From Octopus sinensis (lineage: Eukaryota): a DNA stretch of 55,153 nucleotides. Shown here piece after piece: positions 1 through 11,303 of this stretch; position 1 is the stretch's first letter, and every line of letters begins with the position of its first letter. The stretch lies in assembly GCF_006345805.1 (NCBI RefSeq), contig NW_021833754.1, forward strand, positions 1 through 55,153, written 5' to 3'. A program made the position numbers and the translations under genes. The notes beneath the pieces are model-generated. The model was not told the origin of the DNA and did no database searches. It saw nothing but the letters and a program-made list of their open reading frames with translations.

Positions 1-203
1 CTCCGTAAATCAGATTGATATCATATACTACTGATTTATTCGATATTGATTGGATGAAGCGTAATGAGATACAAGATACAACCATGTATACACACACACG
101 CACACACACACACACACAACACATATATATACTCACAAAAGGCCAAATATAGATATGCATAAGTGTGTATGCATGTATGTATGAGTGTGTATATATCATA
201 TAT

Positions 204-251
<48 letters not shown>

Positions 252-372
252 TACAGGTGAAAAGTTCGGGGGAAGGTTCCGCGTGGTGGTAGATATAAAA
301 TAAGATTTAAGGTAAAAAAGCTCAGAAATCTTGTTTGTGCAGATAAAGATTATTTAATCCATTACAGTATGT

Positions 373-568
373 ACAGAGTCAGCCGGTTTCGCTTCGATAA
401 TCTTGACTCAGTGTTATGTAATCATAATAAATTTTTGATTTGATTTTGCATAGAAGTAGGTATCAAAACTATATCATACCTACTTCTACGCAAGATTAAA
501 TCAAATATTTAATATGATTTCATAACACTGCGTCATAATTATCGAAGCGAAACCGGTCGACTCCTGTG
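373..568. repeat. Imperfect inverted repeat (about 92-bp arms, 12-nt loop)
   Basis: 373-463 (acagagtcagccggtttcgcttcgataat...gaagtaggtat) is the reverse complement of 476-568 (atacctacttc...attatcgaagcgaaaccggtcgactcctgt), with scattered mismatches. Confidence 0.9.
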
Positions 569-876
569 TCAAGTCCAACAGGAAACGGTGTCTCCCAAGG
601 TTAAATAACAGTAGCATTCTTCTCTTTCATGGGACTGTCTCATTAAGTTGACAACATACTATCACTTTACTCATAACTTTTTCCTTTTAAAACTTCATTG
701 CATGAGATTGATACCATGAACTTCCTCGAATTGAGCTCTATCATTTAAGCTTAATTAAAATATAGTTTGATTTTAAAATAAAAAAGTTAATTATACTTAA
801 ATCCAATTTTTTGCCTTACTTATATTCTTTCATGATATTTTACCTCACAACTTTTTTGATACAAATTTGTGTTACA
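507..876 (+). repeat. About 370-bp direct repeat, copy 1 (partner 4109-4478)
   Basis: Near-identical by eye to 4109-4478, with only a handful of substitutions. Confidence 0.95.
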
Positions 877-1015
877 TGGGACCAAAACTATGAAATTCCT
901 CATGCTTTCTTCTATCATTGAATCTAAGATAAATATATTTTGTTTTTAAGATATATTATTTAGACCTAAATTTGATTGGCGGCGTTACTTACTCTCCTAT
1001 AACGTTGCTACAAAT

Positions 1016-1061
1016 TTTAATGTAAGCTTTTTTCCACTGAACTAATCTCAATTTTTTTAAT
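1016..1061 (-). terminator. Two ATTAAA polyadenylation-signal variants downstream of the STMC6-like gene stop
   Basis: tttaat on + at 1056-1061 and 1016-1021, i.e. 70-115 nt 3' of the TAA at 1133-1131. Confidence 0.4.
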
Positions 1062-1130
1062 GCCAAAATCTAGCTTGGGACCATTCCTTTTCAAAAATGT
1101 TTACAGTTTTCAATTTTGTTAAGAACTGAA

Positions 1131-1176
1131 TTAGCGACAAAGCTCTGAAGATGCTGCGTGTGAGCAAATTGCGGCC
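1131..1176 (-). CDS. STMC6/Shisa-like protein, terminal coding exon 4 ((E)AAICSHAASSELCR*)
   Basis: Acceptor aatattcttag|G at 1177/1176. Phase 2 completes GAG from exon 3; 106-nt intron; in-frame TAA at 1133-1131. Confidence 0.6.
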
Positions 1177-1282
1177 CTAAGAATATTATTCAACTATGGT
1201 AGTAGTTGAATGATACACACACACGCACGCACACACACATACGCATTTAGCATAAATAGCACAAAATATGACGTATACGTAC

Positions 1283-1414
1283 TCTTTGATTATATAGTTC
1301 TTCAATGGTTGCTTTAGATTGCAATAGTCGACATCTTTGAAGAAGTAAAACAAAAGTATAACCACGACACTAACGATAAGGAAAATATAAACCCAGAGTT
1401 CAAACTGTTTTTTG
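1283..1414 (-). CDS. STMC6/Shisa-like protein, exon 3 (TM helix: KKQFELWVYIFLIVSVVVILLFYFFKDVDYCNLKQPLKNYIIK)
   Basis: Acceptor tttttttttccacag|C, donor GA|gtacgt. 132 nt, phase 2-2, matching the phase-2 end of exon 2 (CT+C=Leu). About 20-aa hydrophobic stretch. Confidence 0.85.
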
Positions 1415-1487
1415 CTGTGGAAAAAAAAAGAGAACAATTAGGCGTACGATGTAACATTTAATATGGTTCTTTATATAGTTATTTGCG

Positions 1488-1775
1488 GAGGTGCATGGTT
1501 TAGTGGTTAGGGTGTCAGCATCATGATCGTAAGATTGTGGTTTCGATTCCTGGACCGGGCAACGCGTTCTGTTCTTGAGCAAAACACTTCATTTAACGTT
1601 GCTCCAGTCCTCTCAGCTAGCAAAAATGAGTAACGCTGCGATGGATTGGCTTTAAAAGGGCGCATTTATTTTTCTGCGATGGACTGGCGTCCCGTCCAGC
1701 TGGGGGAACACATACGCCACAGAAACCGGGAAACCGGGCCCATGAGCCTGCCTAGGCTTGAAATGGGCGACATTT
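1488..1775 (+). mobile_element. tRNA-derived SINE, family A
   Basis: A-box/B-box-like head (tggtttagtggttagg...gtttcgattcc) and a core (gagcaaaacact...gttgctccagtc...cagct) shared with many copies in the window. Confidence 0.85.
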
Positions 1776-1804
1776 TTTTGTATAGTTATTTATATAAAAC
1801 AAGA

Positions 1805-2130
1805 AGGCTAATGGCTCAGTGGTTAGAGCTTCGGGCTCACAGTCATGAGGTATTGAGTTCGATTCCTAGACTGGGCTGTCTTGAGCAAGACAGTTTATTT
1901 CACGTTGCTCCAGTTCACTTATCTGTAGAAATGAGTTTCAATGTCACTGGTGTCAAGCTGTATCAGTCTTTGCCTTTCCCTTGGGTAACAGTGGTGGCGG
2001 GGAGAGGAGAGGCTGGTATGCATGGGCGACTGCTGGTCTTCCATAAACAACCTTACCCAGGACTCGTGCCTTGAGGGGAAATTTCTAGATCCGATCCCAT
2101 GGCCATTCATGACCGAAGGAGGTTTTACTC
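1805..2130 (+). mobile_element. tRNA-derived SINE, family A (long tail)
   Basis: Head tggctcagtggttagagc...gagttcgattcc; body matches 30685-30995. Confidence 0.85.
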
Positions 2131-2436
2131 TTTTATAAAACAATTTAAAAATGAAATATAATGTACTTTAAAAAAATGGCTCTTGTGATTTCTTTGTAGG
2201 AAAAATATTATGCAAGGTGGGTTGGTAGAATTGTTAACGCGTCGAACAAAATGTCTTGCAGTATTTCATCCAACTCCTTCTGTTCTGAGGTCAATCGCGC
2301 AGGGGGGTAGTTCTACCTTTTCTTCTTTTCGGGGGTTCGATGAAATATGATGCAGCTATCGAATATTAGAGTCGATGTAATTGCTGATGTTGCGCCAAAA
2401 TAAGGAACGGTTAAAAAGTTTAAAAAGAAAACAATA

Positions 2437-2650
2437 GGGCGGTGAACGGAAGAATCGTTAGCACGCTGGACAAAATACTTAGCGGCATTGCGTATGGCCT
2501 TTGCGTTCTGAGTTCAAATTCCACCGAAGTCAATTGTACCTTCCATCCTTTCTGGTCCGATAAGATAAGCACCAGTTCAACACTGAGGTCAATGTGATCG
2601 ACTATCCTCCAACCCACAAAATTTCAGGCCTTGTGCCAAAATTAGAGAGA
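2437..2650 (+). mobile_element. tRNA-derived SINE, family C
   Basis: ggcgg...atcgttagcacgc...gttctgagttcaaattcc...aagcaccagtt...ggtcaatgtgatcgac; diverged copy of the family C consensus. Confidence 0.8.
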
Positions 2651-2679
2651 AATATTACTATTGTATACATATAGGCGCA

Positions 2680-3057
2680 GGAGTGGCTGTGTGGTAAGTA
2701 GCTTCCTAACCAACTACATGGTTCCGGGTTCAGTCCCACTGCGTGGCATCTTGGGCAAGTGTCTTCTGCTATAGCCCCGGGCCGACCAATGCCTTGTGAG
2801 TGGATTTGGTAGACGGAAACTGAAAGAAGCCTGTCGTATATATGTATATATATGTATGTGTGTGTGTTTGTGTGTCTGTGTTTGCATGACAACCGATGCT
2901 GGTGTGTTTACGTCCCCGTCACTTAGCGGTTCGGCAAAAGAGACCGATAAAATAAGTACTGGGCTTACAAAGAATAAGTCCCGGGGTCGATTTGCTCGAC
3001 TAAAGGCGGTGCTCCAGCATGGCCGCAGTCAAATGACTGTAACAAGTAAAAGAGTAT
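2680..3057 (+). mobile_element. tRNA-derived SINE, family B (internal TA/TG microsatellite, taaaagag tail)
   Basis: ggagtggctgtgtggtaagtagcttcc...gggttcagtcccac...gcagtcaaatgactg...taaaagag; same as 13727, 22168, 51955 and 53025. Confidence 0.9.
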
Positions 3058-3065
3058 ACATTCGT

Positions 3066-3366
3066 GGAGGCACATGGCCTAGTGGTTAGAGCAGCGGACT
3101 CACGGTCGAGGGATCGCGAGTTCGAATCTCAGACTGGGCGATGTGTGTGTTTATGAGCAAAACACCTAAAGCTCCTCGCGGCTCCGGCAGAAGGTAATGG
3201 CGAACCTCTGCTGACTCTTTCTCCACAACTTTCTCTCACTCTTTCCTCCTGCATCTTGCAGCTCACCTGCGACGGACCGGCGTCCCGTCCAGGTGGGGAA
3301 CCAATACACCAAGGAAAGCGGGAAACCGGCCCTATGAGCTAGGCGTGGCTCACGAAGGAACAAAAA
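3066..3366 (+). mobile_element. tRNA-derived SINE, family A subfamily
   Basis: ggaggcacatggcctagtggttagagcagcggactc...gttcgaatctcag; close match to 5283-5560. Confidence 0.9.
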
Positions 3367-3723
3367 ATACATACATTCACATACCTACACACAAAACGGG
3401 ACAAAATTGCTTTCGGGTCCCGGAAAGTGCTGTTCTCTCAAAATTCAAGGAGGCTGAGAGTGTTTTGCTTTCTTTTAAGGGAATATCGCCGCAAACACAT
3501 ACACACACGTATCCACACTACGTACCACACTTAATTTCATAAAATATTCTAAAATGTATGTCGAATGTATCATGTAATTGGAACAACAAACATGAGGGTT
3601 ACACATTTAAGGGACGTTTGCGGGCATCTACCTGCGTGGCATAAATTTGCTTCACCAGAGTTTGTCTGGAGATAATGTACTCCGACTCCATTCGAAACAT
3701 TTAATGCGAACTGAATAACTTAC

Positions 3724-3871
3724 AGGTCTTCTTTAGTCTTTTCTTCACAACAAGTATATTCTACACCTCCTTCAGGTTGGCAGCAACGTGGCTTTTCTGG
3801 ATCTGGACAATAGTAAACATTAGCAGGGCGGTCGCCCAATTCCTCGGCCTTCAGACATTTCACCCCTTCGT
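3724..3871 (-). CDS. STMC6/Shisa-like protein, exon 2 (six-cysteine ectodomain: (D)EGVKCLKAEELGDRPANVYYCPDPEKPRCCQPEGGVEYTCCEEKTKED(L))
   Basis: Acceptor cttatatatttcag|AC, donor CT|gtaagt. 148 nt, phase 1-2. C-x15-C-x7-CC-x9-CC pattern in non-repetitive sequence. Confidence 0.9.
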
Positions 3872-4108
3872 CTGAAATATATAAGATCCTTTCAGGTTTA
3901 TTCATATAAAGGAGCATATTTCAAAGGTACATTCACACACAATGACACATGTACAATAACGTACTCAAACATGCAAGATCTCCGACAAAAAAGACTGCAT
4001 AAGATATCGATGCATTTAACAAAGCTCTTAATGTAGGTAGAACGCCGATTTTCTGGACACTGATGACCCAAAGCCTTCTATAATCCACTCAAATTCACAA
4101 GCAAGAAC

Positions 4109-4478
4109 ATTTAATATGATTTCATAACACTGCGTCATAATTATCGAAGCGAAACCGGTCGACTCCTGTGTCAAGTCCAACAGGAAACGGTGTCTCCCAA
4201 GGTTAAATAACAGTAGCATTCTTCTCTTTCATGGGACTGTCTCATTAAGTTGACAACATATTATCACTTTACTCATAACTTTTTCCTTTTAAAACTTCAT
4301 TGCATGAGATTGATACCATGAACTTCCTCGAATTGAGCTCTATCATTTAAGCTTAATGAAAATATAGTTTGATTTTAAAATAAAAAAGTTATTTATACTT
4401 AAATCCAATTTTTTGCCTTACTTATATTTTTTCCTGATATTTTACCTCACAACTTTTTTGATACAAATTTTTGTTACA
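4109..4478 (+). repeat. About 370-bp direct repeat, copy 2 (partner 507-876)
   Basis: Direct comparison with 507-876. Confidence 0.95.
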
Positions 4479-4548
4479 AATTTTTGATACAAATTTTTGT
4501 TACAAATTTTTGATACAAATTTTTGTTACAAATTTTTGATACAAATTT
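4460..4548 (+). repeat. 13-bp tandem repeat with strictly alternating variants (gatacaaattttt / gttacaaattttt), 7 units
   Basis: Read directly; 26-bp higher-order period. Confidence 0.95.
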
Positions 4549-4597
4549 CCGCAGCTGCCAGGCGAGTTTGCTGACCCCTTTCACAGTACAGTATTAA

Positions 4598-4850
4598 CGA
4601 GTAGTAAAGTAAAGTTCCTTCTCGAGTCACATAGACGCACAAGGCCGGTTTCTCTGGTGTATATATACTCTCTACCTGGATGGGACACCTGCCCGTTGCA
4701 GGATTACTCATTTTAACCAGCTGAGTGGACTGGGAGCAACGTGAAATGAAGTGTTTTGCTCAAGAGCACAACGCTTCGTCCGGTTCAGGAATCGAAACCA
4801 CAATCTTACGATCATGAGTTCAACGCCCTAACTACTAAGCCACGCGTCTT
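4598..4850 (-). mobile_element. tRNA-derived SINE, family A
   Basis: Reverse complement of the family A head and core. Confidence 0.85.
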
Positions 4851-5282
4851 CACACAGTATTAATAAGCATTTATAATAACGTATAGGTACCTGTATTTCA
4901 TTTAACTAATTAAGTAAATTTAATATTTGTTTAACTTACTAAATTACGAACAGGGACTTCAGATCTCTGTGCCCACCAGACTAGATTGCTGGTACCTTGC
5001 ACAGACCAATACCTTGCACAATACAGTATTAATAAACTTGTATTATTTATATTAATGTGCAGGTGTTAGTATTTCATTTAATTATTTAAATAAATTTAAT
5101 ATTCGTTTACTATCGGGCGTGTTGACTAAGGTGGCCCACCCCTGGTTCGGAAAACTCAGTAGGAAAAGCTTTGGAGCCAAAAGTTCCAGAAAATCGATGT
5201 TATTCTTGTAATAAAATCAGTGAACAGTAAATAAAATACGCGGACAGGAAACATAATTAGTGTTGATTGAATTAATTATTGT

Positions 5283-5560
5283 GGAGGCACATGGCCTAGT
5301 GACTAGAGCAGCGGATTCGTGGTCGTGGTCGTGGGATCGCGGGTTCGAATCTCAGACCGGGCGATGTGTGTGTTTATGAGCGAAACACCTAAGCTCCCCG
5401 CGGCTCCGGCAGAAGGTAATGACGAACTTCTGCTGACTCTTTCGCCACAACTTTCTCTCACTCTTTCCTCCTGCATCTTGTCGCTCACCTGCGACGGACC
5501 GGCGTCCCGTCCAGGTGGGGAACCTATACGCCAAGGAAAGCGGGAAACCGGCACTATGCT
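5283..5560 (+). mobile_element. tRNA-derived SINE, family A subfamily
   Basis: Matches 3066-3366; small internal gtggtc duplication. Confidence 0.9.
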
Positions 5561-5574
5561 CCACAAGGGGAAAA

Positions 5575-5875
5575 AAAATTAAGAAGAAGAAGAGAAGAAG
5601 TAATTATTGGAGGTTTGCATATAGAACTAACATGCTGAAGATGTTCGAAGAACAGAGGGTTCTATAAATTTGGAAGAGATCTTTTAGGCAAATGACCAAA
5701 CAATTCGGCTGCAGTTTGGGAAGCGGGAGAGCTCTAGGGTTGTATCATGCACGGAGGAGCCCGTTACTATACTTGTTGAGGTTACGACGCTGAGTAAGAT
5801 CTATCCAGTTTATAGGGGTTGGTAATAAGCGTCGTAGACAAGGTCGTCTTAGTAACGGTATAGACCTCTAGGCAA
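5575..5875 (-). mobile_element. Degenerate LINE 3' end (L2/CR1-like) with (CTT)n tail
   Basis: Minus-strand remnant peptide DLTQRRNLNKYSNGL resembles the HRR...YKYYNG C-terminal motif of L2/CR1-group ORF2; heavily decayed. Confidence 0.4.
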
Positions 5876-6371
5876 CTAAATGCAGGGGAATCTACAGTAT
5901 TTATTAACTGACAGCAAGCCACAGCATATATAGATCAGAATTCGGTTCCTATACCCGTGGGGCTCCCGGGCACCTGTCATGTGTGTTCATGCCTTAAGAC
6001 GGTAGTAGCTGCCGGTCATGTCTTCACCTGAGCAATTGTAGCGTAGCTCTGATTGGCTATATGAAAATGAGTTCATTATTGAGCTCCGGAACTCTCGTGG
6101 GAGAAAAGAAATTCGCGGGCAGGACGCCGGTCTGTCGCAAGATTGCACATTTTTGGCAGCGGAGCGGACTAGGGTAACGTGAAATAAAGTGTTTTGCTGA
6201 AGAACATAACGCATCGCTCGGGCCAGGAATCGAAACCGCAATCTTACGATCATGAGTCCATCGCCCCAACTAAGCCACGCGCCTTCACAAGCATCAATAT
6301 AGGATGAGGGTGAGGACCAAAAAGAGTTATGAGCGTTGAAGTCAACGAGGACGATGTTTCAGGAGTGGATG

Positions 6372-6752
6372 GAAGCACTCCGTCGGTTACGACGACGAGG
6401 GTTCCGGTTGATCCGAATCAACGGAACAGCCTGCTCGTGAAATTAACGTGTAAGTGGCTGAGCACTCCACAGACACGTGTACCCTTAACGTAGTTCTCGG
6501 GGATATTCAGCGTGACAAGAGGAGTGACAAGCCGGCCCTTTGAAATACAGGTACAATAGAAACAGGAAGTAAGAGTGAGAGAAAGTTGTGCTGAAAGAGT
6601 ACAGCAGGGATCACTACCATCCCCTGCCGGAGCCTCGTGGAACTTTAGGTGTTTTCGCTCAATAAACACTCACAACGCCCGGTCTGGGAATCGAAACCGC
6701 GATCCTATGACCGCGAGTCCGCTGCCCTAACCACTGGGCCATTGCGCCTCCA
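6372..6752 (-). mobile_element. tRNA-derived SINE, family A subfamily (young)
   Basis: 6533-6752 is nearly identical to 53401-53622. Confidence 0.9.
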
Positions 6753-7295
6753 CGTTTCAGGAGTAATGAAGTAACGTAAATATTCTTCGTGTCGGAAGAG
6801 ATATCGAAAAATTTTGTCGATGGTTGGAGGAATTCAGAGAGCGCTAGAGGGAGTAGATATATTTGGAGGAGAAAGAGAGAAGTTTTTTGTTGCTGATATC
6901 TAAATGACAAAGCTGAATGATGGGGTGACCAGAATCTACATATGTACAGACACTACCTTTTGAAGCGAAAGTTGAATAAAGCTCAACAAGTGTCTCCTTT
7001 AGTGGTGTGATCCGATCGAGATTTTTACTACTATTTTCAGCAGACTGAATGACCACATATAGATTCCATCGGTTTGTAGGTATTACTCACAGATCGAGCG
7101 AATGTTCAAGCAGAGATGTAACAAGTCGAAACATGTTCGAGTGTTTGCTTCAAAGCAGTCGAAGCAAAGCAGTTAAGTGTAAACAAAGGCGCGCGCGCGA
7201 TATAGGATGTCCTCTCACTGAAATAGGTTTACGTATTGTATATACGAAGGCAAAACAATCGGGTACGTAACGTACTCAATATTCCCGACAGTAAA

Positions 7296-8345
7296 GGCGG
7301 CGAGCTGGCAGAAACGTTAGCACGCCGGGCGAAATGCTTAGCGGTATTTCAAGTCTTTATGTTCTGAGTTCAAATTCCGCTGAAGTCGACTTTGCCTTTT
7401 TATCCTTTCGGGATCGATAAATTAAGTACCAGTTGCGCACTGGAGTCGATATAATCGATTGGATCCCTCCCCAAAACTTTCGGGCCTTGTGCCAAGAGTA
7501 GAAAAGAATATTTCTGACAGTACAGGCGGCGAGCTGGCAGAAACGTTAGCACACCGGGCGAAATGCTTTCGTCTGCCGCTACGTTCTGAGTTCAAATTCT
7601 ACCGAGGTCGACTTTGCCTTTCATCCTTTCGGGGTCGATTAATTAAGTACCAGTTACGCACTGGGGTCGATATAATCGACTTAATCCGTTTGCCCGTCCT
7701 TGTTTGTCTCCTATATGTTTAGCTTCTTGTGGGCAATAAAAAAATAAACGTTAGAACGCTGATTCTACCAAATGATTACGTTAGGGATACAACGGCCAAA
7801 TTTTGTCTCATACGCTATCAGCGTATGGGGCTAACGGTTAAGTTTAGGGTGCAAAACTTTGTAGAATACTCTGATATTTTCACGATGCACCGATTTGTAT
7901 CTTTAAATTGTTCTTTATTAATCGTCAATTTAATATTGTACAACTTACGAAGGCAGCGAGCTGGCTGAATCGTTAGCACGCCGAGCAAAATGCTTAGCGG
8001 TATTTCGTCCGTCTTTACGTTCCGAGTTCAAATTCTACCGAGGTTGACTTTTCTCTCATCCTTTCGGGGTTGATAAATTAAGTACCAGTCACACACTGGG
8101 GTCGATGTAATCGACTTAATACCTATGTGCGTCCTTGTTTGTCCCCTCTATGTTTAGCCCCTTGTGGGTAATAAAGAAATAGGTATTTCGTCCGTCTTTA
8201 CGTTCCGAGTTCAAATTCCACCGAGGTTGACTTTTCCTCTCATCCTTCGGGGTTGATAAATTAAGTACCAGTTGAGAGCTGGGGTCGATGTAATCGATTT
8301 ACCCATTTACCCCAAATTTCAAGCCTTGTGTTAAGATTTGAAATC
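7296..8345 (+). mobile_element. Cluster of family C SINEs (7296-7510, 7525-7750, dimer 7950-8345)
   Basis: ggcggcgagctggcagaaacgttagcacgccgggcgaaatgc head; tandem junction aaagaaatag|gtatttcg at about 8182. Confidence 0.9.
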
Positions 8346-8992
8346 AATATTGTGCCACTTATTAAATTCGAGCTATGTGTTGTTAATGTTATCTAATGAA
8401 CATCAAACTCTCAGGTAAGTGTCATGGTTACACTCGGGTATCCTGAAGGAGAAGGGGATTGGCAGGCAGCTATGAAGGAGGGTATTACCTGAAACAAACA
8501 GAAAACTGTCTGTTAACTACACGAGGCGAATCCTATTGTTTTGAAATCTATGTAATTTACTTTGATAAATTGGCCTTTTATCCTTTCGAAGTCGTTGAAA
8601 TAAGTACCAGCTGAGTACTGGGGTCGATGTAATCGACTTACCCCCTTCCACAAAATTTCAGGCCTCGTGCCTACAGTAGAAAGTAATATTATATATAATG
8701 TGTAAGTAGCTCTGCTGATCGAAAAATTGGAATAATTTTTTGACGGAAAGGGATCTAATTTTAACATTTCTGATCAAACAATACAAGGGAGGTATCTTAT
8801 GAAAGGGAGTTGGGGACAAATTTTTCCTCGAACCGACAGGCTTTGGAATTGTTTTCCATCTTCTTATAACCTGAATTCTTTCAAGTCTAAAGTAAATTCA
8901 TTTCTTCATCTTAATTTCTTCTTCTTCTTCGTAGTTCCTTACACTAAGTGACTTCTTGACCTGCTTTGGATTTTCTTTTATATATATATATA

Positions 8993-9121
8993 TATCTGTA
9001 AAAGTAATATGTCACAATTATTCAGTAGCCATGATAAAACTCCGAGTTTCGGATGCCGAGGTAGAAACTCGGAGTTTTATTATGGCTATCGAATAATTGT
9101 CACATGTTACTTTTACAGATA
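8993..9121. repeat. Fold-back hairpin (58-bp arms, 5 mismatches, 13-nt loop) built from two 3' halves of a PLE hammerhead motif
   Basis: Arms 8993-9050 and 9064-9121. Each arm reads GAAACTCGGAGTTTTATYATGGCTA, matching the 3' half of the hammerhead at 47726-47750. Confidence 0.85.
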
Positions 9122-9274
9122 AATTCCCCTATTTACATAATATCGAAGTCTCTTTCATTCTTTTGTTGTCTTACCCTTTTTATCAATATATATATATATA
9201 TACATCGCCATGTTGATTCGCTAGCTTCTGCACGCATTTTTTTTCTCCTTGTTTCTCTCCGTGTTTCTTTTCTG

Positions 9275-9318
9275 TGTATTTTTCTGTTGAAGAGCGTAGG
9301 CTCGAAACGTAAAATACT
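9275..9318 (+). ncRNA. Possible degenerate minimal hammerhead-like motif
   Basis: tttttCTGTTGAaGAGCgtagGCTCGAAAcgTAaaatac: helix II GAGC/GCTC, GAAA, palindromic ACGT helix III, but the core is altered (CUGUUGA). A more decayed relative lies on the minus strand near 54980-55020. Confidence 0.3.
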
Positions 9319-9409
9319 TGTTTTATTTATATTCCTGAGCGCCATACTAATACAATTGTTTGTTTGTATTCCACCTGCCTTCGTCTTTTGTTTATTTCAT
9401 AAAGCTTCC

Positions 9410-9669
<260 letters not shown>

Positions 9670-10177
9670 GTAAATGAAAGACGGAAGATGGAATATACGA
9701 GAATTTATTAATCACGACAGTTTTTTCGACACATCTAACATCGATGATTTATGGTGCTTTAGTCACATATTTAACAAATTCCTCTTCTTCTGCATTCGAT
9801 AATAAAACAAGAAAACAAAAATAAAGTAAACCTACAAAATGGCGTACCAACCCGATTACTACGAAAAGCTGTCATGTTCATCTAAAATTTGATTATCGTT
9901 AACTGTGATAAGCGGATTACCTCATGCTTTGAAAAAAAAAAAAAACTCCCCTTATTCTGCAAGAAGCTGAGACGTCCATCGGTGATACTTTTTACAGACA
10001 TTTTTCTCGAGTCTGTCCTAATTTTTCGCATTTTTAATCAAATATCTCATTACATAGCAAGATCAGATATTTTTAACGGTGGATATCAAAACCGTATCTC
10101 CTGCGGGAGATACTGAAAAAATATTGCAGAAGCAGAAAATATCAAGTTTATTTTTTTGTTGGATAATTAACAGGAGT

Positions 10178-10236
10178 GATTACAGGAGTGATCATGAAAT
10201 TTAATTACGTAGTCAAAGCGTTAATTAATCTGAAAT
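10178..10236 (+). repeat. 59-bp direct repeat, copy 1 (partner 11241-11299)
   Basis: gattacaggagtgatcatgaaatttaattacgtagtcaaagcgttaattaatctgaaat is present twice, 1063 bp apart. Confidence 0.95.
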
Positions 10237-10840
10237 AGCTCCGAAGATGACGAGGAGTATTATAGGAGCGTATAAAATCTTCCTTATAAAATATTTCGAA
10301 TATCAAAAACATTTGGAAACATTTAGGCTCTACACATGGTTCATTTATTCTGTAAGGGTGAAGTGGCAGGAAGTATAGAAATGCGTTAGGAGAACAATTA
10401 GAAATTGACATCGAATGTTTCTTGTTGTTTTCAACGGTTTAGTGAAGAGATGAGGCAGAGTTCATGACCTTCTCTGGCCCTCTGCTACAACTGATGTTAA
10501 GCATGGACATTTGTCAGTCAACGGTTGCAGAAAAGTATATGGATAAGGAGAGATGGAGGGCGCTGTACATAAGTGTGCGTGTTGTTTGTGTATATATATA
10601 TATATACAATTGAGATAGGGGTTGTAAATGCAACCCTCCATGGGATAACATATATCCAATATACTGCTAGTGAAGTACCCAACAAAGTTAATACATAAAT
10701 GTTAATGATTGCGATGTAATCAATTCATTTACTGTATTATATGGGCAAAGGTGTGTGTGGTTTAATAAAGTATGTGATTGAGTATTATCTGGTAATTGAT
10801 ATTTGATTTAGATGTATTTCTCCATTTTCTTATCTTGTAT

Positions 10841-10914
<74 letters not shown>

Positions 10915-10917
<3 letters not shown>

Positions 10918-11030
10918 CCTGCTCGCTTAGCCAGCGGGGTGGCGTCATTGAAGGCTAAAACAATGCAAAGCGCATTGTGACCAGCGATGTGTAGCAACAT
11001 CTGATAGTCTGGTCGGTCACGGTGATCACG

Positions 11031-11035
<5 letters not shown>
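10915..11035 (+). repeat. About 120-bp dispersed element embedded in (TA)n
   Basis: gaccagcgatgtgtagcaacatctgatagtctggtcggtca also occurs at about 29362-29405, again ending at (TA)n. Confidence 0.7.
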
Positions 11036-11069
<34 letters not shown>

Positions 11070-11240
11070 ATATAGAGAGAGAGAGAGAGAGAGAAATGTG
11101 TGTGTGTGTGCGTTTGCGTGGATTAGATCGATTAGGCCATTCAAGAGCTTTCATATGAACCACCAACTCTTGGTCGATGTCTATTACTTTATTTACTCAA
11201 TTAAATCCAATATCTCTCTCTCTCGCTCTGCAAATGATAA

Positions 11241-11299
11241 GATTACAGGAGTGATCATGAAATTTAATTACGTAGTCAAAGCGTTAATTAATCTGAAAT
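11241..11299 (+). repeat. 59-bp direct repeat, copy 2
   Basis: See 10178-10236. Confidence 0.95.
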
Positions 11300-11303
11300 T
11301 GTA

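Noticed and set aside
3066-3140. tRNA-like sequences with A and B boxes (many copies)
   Set aside because: No complete cloverleaf or acceptor stem; each continues into a shared SINE body.
9830-9895. CAAAATGGCG (YY1/Kozak-like) start of a 17-codon ORF
   Set aside because: A single short motif with no donor or other promoter evidence.
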